Positions 34,401 through 46,832 of a DNA stretch of 64,000 nucleotides are shown here, piece by piece. Source of the stretch: Utricularia gibba (taxonomy: Eukaryota > Plantae > Magnoliophyta). Made by a program: the position numbers and the translations under genes. The notes below the pieces were generated by a model. It was given only the letters and a program-made list of their open reading frames with translations. It ran no database searches and had not been told where the DNA came from. Each line of letters begins with the position of its first letter. Position 1 is the stretch's first letter. The stretch lies in NCBI GenBank assembly GCA_002189035.1, contig NEEC01000002.1:124001-188000 (forward strand), written 5' to 3'.

Positions 34401-37400
34401 TCGGTTACCCAACATTAACTTACGATGACGACATACATGAAGACGTTAGTTCAGAGAGGAAACGAAATTTAAGACAAATTACCCTTGGCACTCAAATTCT
34501 TGGTATCCTGCTGCTTGAAATAAAAGCTCCGGTGATCAAGTGACTTGTGGTAATTCTTGGAATATATTTCCGCCCAAACTTTATTGAAATCTACACGACA
34601 CCTAGCCCATTCTTCCTGTTTCTGCTTCAAACGAGTTAATATGACTGGCAAGGCAAGATGAACATTCTTTTTCAAGACATCAACTACATCAAGACCATGG
34701 TCACCATATAAACGTTCAATGCAGCGAAGGTGAAGAGCTAGAGAGAGAGAAAACAGCGAGAAATTAATACAATATACATCATTACAATGGCAAACTTGGT
34801 ATTTAGACTTCATACCTGACAAATGCTCTTCAATGAAAAATGAACTGTTGTTCGTTGTATTTGAAACATTCATGCGATTAACTAGCCCTTCAACACACTT
34901 AACAGTCGCATTCACTGACTCCAGTAACATGTCAAGTTCAAACCTGCAAGATCACCAGTTATAAGCCAATCACTGCATGATCTGTATGTTATGAAGCAAG
35001 CGGTAGGATGGGGCATCGGAAGAAACATTTCAATTGACTGTCACTGTCTAAAGCTTGCGAAGATTGTTTCACTTGAAGCTATACAAAATACCATTTATAT
35101 ATATGGTAATTGAAAAACTAACACCACACAGAATGAACTCAAGTCACAAGATGATACCTATCATCCTCACATTTAAACAAACTTTCTTCATACTGGTTTT
35201 TGCGCATATGCTTAAATGAGTAATCCTCACTTCCTGAAGTTACAGAAACCCAGCGATCATTCAGCACATCATTACCAACCTCTGTCCGTTGGCTTGCCAA
35301 TGGTAAATGGTACTACTTCACAGAAATACCGCATGATGAGAAAAGCATAATTTTTTTTATAAAAATTAAATGAATGAACATACATTATCTGGAAGACGTC
35401 GATAACTTGGAGTGCAGCTCTCACAGTTAGAAAGATCAAGATCTTGAATGGACTTTGCTATGAACTTCTCCTTGCCTCCATATGCAGACATTTTTTGTTC
35501 ATGGATCCCATTGCTAGGAAAGACAACATCTACCTCATGTCTGTACCTGTCTTTGTTATCTACAACTCCGTCTTCACATTTACTGTCCTTGTAATAACCT
35601 TCAGCATCTCCAATAATCTTAAGAGCTAGGTTACTGTGCCATGAACCTCCTGAAATACGAAAATAAAAAATTATTGATATCCATCTCCTAAAAAGGCCTT
35701 GCAACAACCCTTAAGAATTTTTTTTTTTTCCTATTGCAAATATAATGCAGATGAAAGGAAAAGCAAGTCCGTAGGCAACCAAAATCAGATATGTTTACCA
35801 GTCTTCTCAATGTGAGTAATAAAGTCTTCACATGCCACCATAAGATCTGGATGCCTTTCTGCAATACTTGCAACCTGACATGAAAGAAAATTGAATGCAG
35901 CTTAACTGATTGTGGACTAAAGTTGGCAATAAATATTCACGTATTCATTCAGAAATGCGATAGATTGAAAATTCTATAATCAAATCCTTGAAAAATATGT
36001 GATTCGGTAATGATACAGTAGTATAAGCAAGAGATCGTAGGAGAGTATTAAAAGGGAAATCACAAGTTTTCGAAACTGGGAAGCAGCGCAAATTTTGCTT
36101 CTGTATGAACGTATGCAATCCAAAATCTTCTCATACTTTTCTGCACCCTGCAACACTTCTTTCACCTTCTGACAGAAAGCTGACTCAGGATCATGGGCTG
36201 CTGATCAGGGACAATAGTTGTTAAGTACATATTCCCATGCAACATTCTGATAAGTTGATGCTGTGTTGCAGCAGTGACATAAGTCAAAGAGACTCTCTTG
36301 TATATTTCACATCCCTATATGCATATTCTCGCAGGGATTTGCTTTTTGAAAAAAAAAAGAAAAAAAGAAAACCTTGGAATTTCAAATATGCAAACCATTA
36401 AAATAACTTAAGAGAAATGAACAAACCATCAATCTTACTCCATGTCCATTTAGAAGATAATAATCAACGCAGAAAAGATGGGAAATAAACATTAAAATTT
36501 GCATATTGGCATTAAAAAAACAACCCAAAAAATTCTCTACCTTGATGATATTGAATCTCAAACTCATTTTTCCCTATTTCCTCTTTACACACTTGTTTTT
36601 CAGCATTATACAACTGCTCCTTATCAGAGGAACTTGTGTCCTGGCCACAGAGAAATGAAACCTCGGGCTTCTGCAACAAGGAAGTGAGAGCATTAAGCCT
36701 TCAAAATTATGAAGCATTAGCATGGCATCAAAAAAGAGAAACTACCTTTTCAACTGCAGTAGGCGTCCTTATGCTTGTTACATGGAGTCGAGAGTGGTTA
36801 GATGCATCACCAGAGATATCAGGTAAAAAGTGTACGAAATCTACAAGAAGATCATTGTGACCATCAAACAGTAGAGAGACCTGAAAAAAAAACATCAATG
36901 AATCAAAATTCTTGACTTCTGTAACTCCTAGAAGTTTTAATAAACATCTGGCATGAATATGAACTATATCATACCTCGTGAAAAATATCAGTCAGGGACA
37001 TTTCTTTTCCACGCATGCTCTTCAAAATGTCAAGGAAAGCTGTTGGCACCTTATCCTTGCCTTGAAATCTTTCCTAAGATTACATCAACATGGCTTAATC
37101 GATAAGACTGTTCAAATAATGTCAAGAAGGGAGAGGCATAAACTTTCATCTCTCTCACCCTGATATTGGTCAAAAAGCTCAATGCTTTATCGAGGAGGGC
37201 AGCCTTCTTTTTCTGAAGCAGTTCCCCATCTGAAGGGAGGGTGATTTTATATTCCCTTGGCAGAAAGTTATTGAAACCCAAAACCAAGTCCTCATTTCCT
37301 TTAAGAAGTTCCTTTACTTTTGATATAACGCCAAATGAACTAACTCTACAAAACAAGGCAAAATAAGATTTAGAAATGACGGCAATGCGGCAAGCACAAC

Positions 37401-37587
37401 TTTCACAAGGTTTGAATTTCATAAGCTTCCACCTCTGAGCCTTGAAATCTTTCAAAACTGTCATAAACTCATCATACTTATCCTCCCGGTCTTTAAAACT
37501 TTCCTTCACAGTTCTAAGGTATGTCAATGCATCATTCATTGTGAACTTCGTTGCACCATTGGGTGTCAGCATATTTGCGGCCCCCAT
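31459..37587 (-). CDS. SIN3-like (SNL) corepressor: PAH1-3, HDAC-interaction domain, Sin3 C-terminal domain; multi-exon, diverged
   Basis: PAH1 [35 protein letters not shown]; [57 protein letters not shown]; C-domain [22 protein letters not shown]. Start codon and some junctions uncertain. Confidence 0.9.
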
Positions 37588-39698
37588 CCTTTATTTCCAA
37601 TAAAATGTGTTAAAATAAAATCATATATCAGTTGCGAAAGTGCTACTGACGGTTGCTATCAGCGAATGACTCAAATAGTACTCTCTACGAATCCAATTGA
37701 TTGAGACTCTCCAACATAAACAAGAAACATAACTAGGCTGAATCAGTCTGCTGAAGAAAAAGGCTATCTAAAGATCAACAAAACATGAAACTTACTGCTA
37801 TGGAAAGATAACCTCTGGGCGCCAGGCCTGACAACCATGAGATCACCACCCTCTGCAGACCATTTTCATACCGCGCTATCCCCTCCTCAAAAAAAAAAAA
37901 AAAAAAGAAAAGAAAAAAAAAAGAAATTCTTGATCCTGCCAAAGACGCAAAACCAACCCAAAAAACCAAATCAGATACCAGGTAACTAAAGTTATATCTA
38001 TGAAGCGTCATACATGAGTAAAACGGTAGATAGATCAAACTCGATCCCCACCCACCACCAGATCACACCATCTATTTAGTAAAAGAGTCAATACAGAACC
38101 CAATGAATGAGCGCTACTTTAAACATGCGGAACTGAAGCAACCTCACAGTTTCCACCCCGGGGAGTCCTCGGGTAAATACTTCCTTCCAACTCTCCGCGA
38201 AGCAACTTGCGTATACAAAGCAAAAATCGCTCGTATTGTATATGAACCGAGGGTATACCTATCCACACCCTCGTTGGATTTGTATGAAAGAACCGGCGAC
38301 GCGGTATATGTTACTGGCCAGCACCACGGTAAAAAGGTGTAGAAAAAAAAAAAAAACTCTCTTCCTTTTTTCTAAAAAAACATAAAGTATTTTATAATTA
38401 CATAAACTAACTTTAATTATTGTAATATCTTGCGGTTGTTATAAATAAATTATTCGATTCATATTTCATACCCACCCATTTCTGTGAATGGGATGGATCC
38501 ATACCTATTTTGACGATTTAAAAAATTCGAAAACATACCTCATAATTCACTCTATTGGCCTCTTTATTTTTAGAAAGTAATGTATGCTTTTAGGTTGCTG
38601 CTAGAAATTCCCTTTATGAAGCATCAATTTTGGAAAGTGGGCACTGGATCGTCCATCAAATGGGCCCACGCTCCACCATATGGGCCTAGAGCTGTAAGCA
38701 GTCCATTAGAATGGGCCCAACCCAACAACACAGCCTTATACAAGAGTTCCTCAAAGTGGGTAGGCTAGCCCACAGTTACATGCCTCCTCATATCATATAA
38801 ATCGAACTTATTGGCTTAAATTCGAATCGTTTTAAAATAGAAAAAATAAATTATGATTCAATTATAATTCATAAAAATGATTAAATTAAAATTTAATTTT
38901 GATAGTTTTCATTTTACAAAAACTGAACGATTAAAATCATGATTTGAACCACATTTAAATTTTTAGAATCGTACAAACGATTCATATTTTTTTTTTTGAC
39001 GATTTAAAACAATGTTCGTACCAATTGAGCCTTTATTTTCTCTTTTTATCCCGAAGGAGTGATGCACTGAACTTGCAAAAAAACCACAAGGATTGGACAT
39101 CACTCATCTCCAATCCACAAAAAAAAAAAGAAAAAAAAAGAAAATCTTTAAGAATCCGAAAAGGGCAGGAGATGACGATGGCTTATCCTGAGAGGCCGCA
39201 GCCACAACTAGAGGCTATGGAGGGAGAGGATATGCCTCGGAATATTCCATTCCAATGGCTCTAAGGCCTTCACCACTACCACCGTTACTTGATATGTTTC
39301 GATTGATTACACGCGCCCCTTTTGTTTCTCGAATCTTCTTTCCAAACCAAAGAATAAACTGTGTTTGAGGATTAGAATTATTATTAAATGGGAAAAATGA
39401 ATTTTAAAAGCGGGCGCGTGGCGTGCCGTTAATTAATTTGTTTTTTGTTTTCGGAAATGAATCAATTATCGGTGACCGTTAAATTGTGGAGTCTGGGTGG
39501 CGACATAGAACAGCACCGGATATTTTCCATTTCGCCCAATCTGACCGACAACGATATCAGAATTTGGACGGTGGACAGCAAACGGACAAAAATCCGAGGG
39601 GCTTCCTTTCGTTTCGTGGTGGTGTTCGCCTCCATTCTTGAAGAGACATCTATCTTCCCTTTTTCCTTATCTGCGCTTTCTTCGACTTCTGTGAAGTC

Positions 39699-40713
39699 AT
39701 GGCGGATGTCGAAGGTAAATGCTCCGAGGACGACGGGGAGAAGGGATTTATGTTGTTCGGCGTCAAGGTGTTGACGGAAGGATCGTTTAGGAAGAGCGCG
39801 AGTATGAACAATCTGGCTCAATTCGATTCGCAGCCGCGCGATTCCAACACCGATGATGCCGCCGGATATGACTCCGACGACTTAGTGTACCCCTCCGCTG
39901 GGAATCGCGAGCGGAAAAGAGGTGTGTTGAATTAATTTCTTCCACATCTGATTCGTCTTTTTTATATGGTTTCGTATTGGAAATCAGGGGTGCCGTGGAG
40001 TGAGGAGGAGCACAGACTCTTCTTGTTGGGGTTGCATAAGGTAGGAAAAGGCGATTGGAGAGGGATTTCGAGGAATTACGTGAAAACAAGAACGCCTACT
40101 CAGGTTGCTAGCCACGCTCAGAAGTATTTCCTCCGCCGGAACAACCATACCCGGCGCCGCCGGAGGTCTAGTCTCTTTGACATAACAACCGATTCGGTAA
40201 CTATCCTTTTGTTGCGGGTTTACGAATCACGATATCCTTCATTCGGATTTCATCCCAAATTGCGGGTTTTGCCGTGATCAGGTTACAGTTGAAGAACCAA
40301 TGCTGGAAGATACTCCAAACTCAGATCAGAACACAACGAGCACCTTTGCGAATCCTCCAATACCTTCTTTTCCGGTGGTAATCAATCCTGTTCCTGTTCC
40401 TGTTCCTGTTCCATCAAACCTGGCATTCCCCCAACTCAATCAACTCAGCAATTCCCCTAAGCCCATTAGGCCAATTCCTATACTCCCCCCATCCTCCAAT
40501 CTCGCAAATCTGAGCCTAAACAGGACCACAACCATACTCCCTACATCGTCTCTGCCTCTCAGTACGAATGTTCCATCCCCACAGTCGAATCAGGAACAAC
40601 AACAGCAACCTTCGAGTCAGCAAGCATCTCCTGCTCGACGTGCATCAGCCTTCCAAGCGATCCCAGGTACCTTTACGGAGAGTGGCGGCGACGGCATCAT
40701 AAGCGTTGCTTGA
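39699..40713 (+). CDS. MYB-related (1R, SHAQKYF class) transcription factor with an LFGV repression motif, 3 exons
   Basis: FMLFGVKV...[10 protein letters not shown]; RERKRG|[46 protein letters not shown]; [10 protein letters not shown]; C-terminus GGDGIISVA*. Confidence 0.93.
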
Positions 40714-41154
40714 TAGGGAGCTTGTTTGTCATCACTCATAAAGTGATAGATCCCTGAGATGGGAATTGAAGGTGTTGGTTCTAAGTATCTGTATCACAAT
40801 TGTGATTATTGTATCCTGTTGTACGGACTAAGAATTCAGGGGATCCAGCTATGGCTTCTTCCCTGCTTCAGTTCTCTGTAAAGTCAATGGTATCTGATTC
40901 ATAGGAAGACAGAAGAAGAAGAAGCTTTCAAAGTGAATCGTCCAGCAGGCATTGAATCGTAATATATTAAAATAATAAATAAAAAATAATAGTAGTGTAA
41001 CACGTGGAGTGGTCAAAGCAGGGGTAGTAGTGAAAAGTAGTAGAGATTTTAGGGACTGGGTTGTAAATTGAGGGAAGTAAGTGGGAGATCTGTGAATTAC
41101 TGTAAATGCTGGATCTATGAGGAACCAAGAAGAGAGCCAACTACAGAGGCGAAA

Positions 41155-42561
41155 ATGGTGCAGTTGAGAAGGACACCGTTGATCCCACCTTTTGTCTTCC
41201 TCGTAGTTTTAGTTGTTTGTGTGACGGGCTTGTACGTTTGAAACATTTCTTCTTTGTTCGAAGATTGGATTGTTTACCTGGTGGAATTCCATGATTTTTG
41301 TTTGGTGAGTTAGGATCTATTGAATGAATTGCTTCTATAATGGCAGGGAAGCGGGATTTGTTGCTGGAAGAAGCCTCAAGAGTTTCAAGGAGATACCCGT
41401 TGGAGGAAACGTCACATTCGAATGCTCACCTTCGGGTCCCTGTGTGCCGTGCTCTCGCGCTGAAAAGGTCATACATTTACTCTTCTTATCACTTCAAGTT
41501 TTTGATGCAGTGTGTAATTTGTAGCTTCTGCACCTTCCCGTAATGAATACAATGACTTTGACTTTGGTTATCATATTTTTTTTCTGTGCAATCATCCCAT
41601 GGTGGTTCTTCTATCTGTCTTGGGCGTCCTGAACGATAAGCTAATTGAGGCCTAAATTTACTCCATTTATGGTTGATTTGAAGAAATTGTCTTTTTGTGC
41701 AACTTTAGGTCTTCATGGGTAGATTTGAAGTCAGGCATTAGTCTGCTTTCATTATAATTTTTTCATGGTAGATGTGTGGTGTCCTGCAATGAAGTCTTTG
41801 AGGCGCCCCTTCGTTTTGTCTAAAATTTTTGATCCCCTCGATCAGCGTGAGGTGAAGTATCGGTGTGGAGAAACTGGATATCGTATCCGTTTGAAATGTT
41901 TACCCTCATCACCTGAGTCCAAGGATGCTGAGGACACAAAAGCCAAAGGCAGACGTTTTACTCTTGAGAGAGCAGATATGGGAAATAATCAGCATGATAT
42001 TAAGATCTCTACAAGGGGAATAAGAAGATTGCAAGATGATACATCGGAGTCAGGTGGATCTAGGGGTTATGCCACTTACAGAAGTTGTATTCCTATTGTT
42101 GATGCAGAAAGAATTTCTGTACTCACCTTTGAGGTTAGTTCACGTATCCACCCCTCTCCTGCAGAATAAGTAGATGGCTTCTTCTTGTTAAACCAAATAT
42201 ACTGTGCAGCAGCTTTAATTGTGACTATCAATGGCGAATGAAATGCTAGTATTCTTTTTCAAGGATTTTAGTGAAAATTAGTGGTGCTTTTGCTGGTTGG
42301 ACATAGGCCTATAATTTCAGTATAAGCTGTATAACGCAAAATAAAACCATGTGCTTTGTTGGTTCAACTAGATTTCATCTTTGGTTTCCTGCATGCTGGA
42401 TGCAAATCATCTGATTTATTGTAGCCCCTACGTTTCTTTTCATTCTAAGTTTCTTTCTTCAGGTATTCATGCTGGCGTTGCTAGTGAGCAGTGGCTCGTT
42501 TATCTACTTCAGACGAAATCGTGGTGCACAAATGAGGATGCCAACAAATCCTAGATTTTAA
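41155..42561 (+). CDS. Single-pass membrane protein of unknown function with a Cys-rich ectodomain, 4 exons
   Basis: MVQLRRTPLIPPFVFLVVLVVCVTGL|EAG...NVTFECSPSGPCVPCSRAEK|REVKYRCGETGYRIRLKC...YRSCIP....ISVLTFE|VFMLALLVSSGSFIYFRRNRG...PRF*. All GT-AG junctions keep frame. Confidence 0.8.
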
Positions 42562-43140
42562 GGAAAGACCATTGCATCTTTATACAAATTCAGGCTGTAG
42601 GTAGCTTTTTAAAGTTAAACTCAAGCCATTCTCTTCATGTCAAGAACAGCCTTTTTTTTTTTCCCTGGGCGACCCCTCAAGTCAAATTGCATCCCAAATA
42701 CCATTACTTCAGGTGCAGAAGTTGGAATTTAGTGCAGGTAATTCTTGAAAGTTTCATATACCCAAGCCTCACTCATTTAATTGCTGTCCTTATATTTGGT
42801 GAGCTTTTCTTGTAAGAGTGATATCATGTTTTGCTTGTTGGATATTGTATGAAATATGAAAATAAGATGGAAAGATTTTGCCTTCTGTTACTTCTTTTTC
42901 TTCTACCTAAACAGGAAGTACTTACTGTTCTAATCCTGCGATGGGCTATAAACAGATTTCGAAAGTAGATTCTGGGAAAGCGTTCTGCTAATGAAGCATC
43001 GAGCACAACAGATATATGAGAACCCAACGGAGTACAGGTCAAACTACTAGATGCCCACAAGCAATGGACGCGAAAACTTTACACTAAAAGAATAATGCTG
43101 ATACTCAAACCAGATGCAAACCTTTGGTGTTGCTATTACT

Positions 43141-43439
43141 CGTGTCAGGCCCAATTTGTCAAGGGGCCGGATTGAACTGGAGAATTCTTGTCCTACAGGT
43201 TGGGAAAAACATTAGTATACTGCGAATGTAGTTCAATAAAATTCTCTGATGGACTGACCTGACACCAGTTGTAAGCCTCCATGACCAACTGGTGTGCCCT
43301 TGATATAAAGGTGAAGCCATTGATGTGATCGAACTGTGCAGCTATGTCCTGTCCGAAGGTATAGCCATAGCCAGCCCATCGATCATCTGGGTCGGACCAC
43401 AAGTGATAGGAGATCGCACATTGGTCCTTCGTGTGGAAC
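43141..43439 (-). pseudogene. Relic of a protein phosphatase 2A catalytic subunit gene (C-terminal exons)
   Basis: [10 protein letters not shown][7-bp insertion]LWSDPDDR[deletion]..[36 protein letters not shown]|gtcag, then ag|DKN fused to LQFNPAP*QIGPDT. Confidence 0.88.
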
Positions 43440-43791
43440 ACAGATGCATAGACATGGCCTATACTTCTGGAAATTGAAAATCCAATCTTTTTCATCAGAA
43501 GTACTGCGCACACTAGCCTAGAAAAAGCTGGTACTCCTAAATGAACCCACTAACCTTATGTGCGTTCGAATCCAGCCCATAAGTTTGAAGCGGAACAATT
43601 TGTTCTGCGCCAATTTAAAGGAAATTCGAAAAAATCATGTTTTCCTATTTAAAACGCATTGTTTTTTGTTTCACCTACGAATAAACAAATATGTACTCGC
43701 TCGGGCTGAAACACAGCCCATTAAATCTTTTTGTTGTATGGCCCAATTAAGCAGAAAAGGTCCATCAGGTATAAACTCATGAACCTCATCC

Positions 43792-46428
43792 TTAGGGGCG
43801 TGGAGAAGATGCAGACCTCGCCGACGGTGACTGCGTTGGGCTACCGCCGTCGAAGTTTGATTGGCCCAACAGGATTTTCATGGCGACTTGGGCGGCTTCA
43901 GCGAACCATTCATCCTCAGGAAGAACGCTACAAGAAAAACAAAAAAAAAAAAAAAAAAAAAAACATTGAATGATATTATAGACAACCGAGCGAAGCTATC
44001 GGAATCATGAGCAATTTCGAGAAGCCGAACCTGTATGGATCGATTCCATGTGCTTTGCTGACTGCGTCCATGGCTCTTTGGATGATGTTCTTCATCACTT
44101 GATGAAGGTTCCGGGACAAGTATCTTCCTTGAGAAGCGAAGAGGATCACGAACTCCATGTCTAAGTAGAACTGCAAGAATTAACGGAGGTATTACCGCGA
44201 ATTGTTCGATGAAATGCTTGAGACTGGAGCCAAATGAGTTTTAACCTGTTGGAGCCCAAGAGGGCCTAATGGCCTGTGCCCAGATTCTATCTCGTCCCAG
44301 AAGTTGTGGTCATCGGAGAACCAGAGGATAACTGTTTCTGTTAGTCTCATTAGTAGAACTGTGGCGAATCTCTCTCGTCCAACGAAAATGTCGGATGCAA
44401 TCGCCGCCAACCGAGTTAACTTCACGAATAGCTCCTTCAGCGATTTGGAGTTCAATCAGTTAGTGCAGTGAGATAGAAATTTTCCAACTGGGGAGTAACC
44501 TTGTCACCTGATAAATCTGTGATGGAAACCATTCAGGTTCTTCTTTTGCTTCATCCATGGAGATGTACATTTCAGCGCTGAGACGAACCCCTCCGTCGTC
44601 TGTGAAAATGAGTTCGAGGGCATGTTCACGGCAGAAGCTATCTCTCAGCTGGTCAACAAGCCGTTGAAGTCGCCGTTTCAGTTCTCTTTGTTCCGGTGCG
44701 CGTTTCTCTGAAGCCCGACGTTGCTGGTCATCGTTCCTATAACCAGGGGAGAGTTTCAGGGTGGCGCGTGGGAGAAGCTCATCTGCTAATATCAAAGCGT
44801 TGGCAAGCAATGAAATCTGTTGTGATTCTGTCTCCGCTGCCTTGACAATTCTCCTTCCTGGTCCGTCAATGTTCTCCGTCTCTACGGAACCTGGAAATGC
44901 AGTTATCATCATGTTAACATAGGAGTTGAACGATTGCATCACTCCCTCCAAAGCTTGCTCCGATAGCTGCAGAATTTCAAGGGATCCAATATCTTCACAG
45001 AGCTCCTGAACCATGGTGTTGAATCTGTGGCCACTGCTCAACAGCTTCTGCAATGAGCTTCCTCCAAGAATCCCACTGCCCCAAGAACGCCCGGAGACCG
45101 GCGTATGGACGAGGGACCAGTCATCAGAAGCAGCAATTGCCGCGGTACTGAGATCGATTCGCTTCAAGTTGGCCGTCAGAGCTTGGTCCAGTATAGGCCT
45201 GAATATTCTGAGTAGAGTAGGGCAAAGAGCCAGCCCACGGTCTTCTAACAACGCGCAGTGTCCTAAGCAGATGTGGGCACTCTCAGCAACGATTCTCAGA
45301 CACCCTGAAGCTGCCGGAATCGCAATCACATTCTTCTTGATCAACTTGGCGAAAGCCTCAGTTTGATTAACGGCCCATGAAACTAGCTCCGATGTGAAAG
45401 CGGGCTCATCGTCAAATACAGCAAGGGAATCATTTGCAGCCTGAGCAAGCGCTGAGAAAACCAAATGGGAAAGCGCGGTGACGTAGGCTGTTCCCTGAGA
45501 ATTCGTCGTGGGATTTAATCTCTGGATATTACGGTGGAGCTTCTGCTCATGTGATTTGAGAAGCAGAGTATGTGCTCTTGGCCCGTCGCCTAGTTTTTTC
45601 ATCACCTGAACCGACGCCCGGAGCTCGAATCCGTTTGTGGATGTTTGAAACGTCGCTTCCGCCAGCTTCTGCCGGTTCTCAAGTATCAACTTCTGCAGAG
45701 ATAGCAACACTGCCGTGGTTAGTGATCGGTTCTCTCTAGCCTCCGTCAAGGTTTTCTCGGCTTCGTCCAGCGCTGACAATGCTTCATCAAACCTTCTCTC
45801 TGCCAGAAGAACATCGATCTCCTCCGTAAACTGCGACAACCATTTCTCGAATTTCCCCGGCTGTCGTTCCACGAAATCCACGTCTGCGGCGTCTGAATCA
45901 TCCTCCCCGTCGCGCAGTGACTCCACACGTACACCGTCGGCGATTCCGTGAATCATATTGGCGCGTGAGGACAGGAGATTCTTCAACAAAACGAGCTCCC
46001 CCTCCAGGTCAGAAATCTCCTTTGATGTCCTCCAACACACAAAGAAAACGATATCAACTCCCATGGATCAAAATTTGCAGAACCGTAACATCATACCTGA
46101 TGAAGGAGGCGTAATTGGCGTACACACTTTTCCTCATTTCTTCCGCAGAAGCCTTCTTCAACCCGACTAGGTAAATGCACAGTCGCCTGATTTCCTTGAA
46201 TCAGCAATTCATACAAATTGTTTTCAGATCCAGGCTGAAACGCGTAGATCCTGGGAACGAAAAATGAGAAAGAACCTTCTCGGACATGCCGCCACAGTGA
46301 GTATTAACATAAGATTGCGGATCAAAGTTTGAGGATTTGAAAACTTTCAGCTTGTCGCTCAGCGTCACTTCTCTCTCGAAATCAGCCGAGTCCGATTCTT
46401 TGCTCGACGCGAATGATCCTCGTTCCAT
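43792..46428 (-). CDS. EXO84A: Exocyst complex component EXO84 (EXO84A-like), 6 exons
   Basis: LSDKLKVFKSSNFDP, LKKASAEEMRKSVYANY.SFIR|TSKEISDLEGEL, EIDVLLAERR, QLRDSFCR.HAL, LGPLGLQQ|FYLDM, SVLPEDEWFAEAAQVAMKIL. Confidence 0.9.
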
Positions 46429-46832
46429 CTTCCAAGAAACTCCTCTTCAGAAATCTCAAAATCCGGAGATCACGGTCGCCACTCTCGTCTCCGTTTCCGT
46501 CCGCTTCAAGGCAGAAACTTTGGTCCCTGGAAAGTTGGTTGCAGGAAATCAACAGACGCCCGTCCTCTCGGATCAATTCAAATTCCGGAAAATGGGCAAT
46601 AACGGTTTGCATTTTCTTATGCCAGGCCCAAAAAGATTGACCAGCCCAAGCCCAAAACGAGGGAATGCCTGTTTATTATATACTATTGAGTGAAGTCTCC
46701 CCGTCTGTACACAAACGCCAAACCAGGAACAAGGAACACACATGGCGACAGGTTATTGAGGCGAAACACAAGATGACTGATACAACAACTCACTGCCCCG
46801 CAGGCCTGTGGTAGCACAGGCTTCAGGATTGT

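Noticed and set aside
38800-39010. AT-rich segment with short inverted repeats (gaatcgttt/aaacgattc), possible MITE
   Set aside because: The inverted repeat is only ~9 bp, no target-site duplication was found and there is no second copy in the window.
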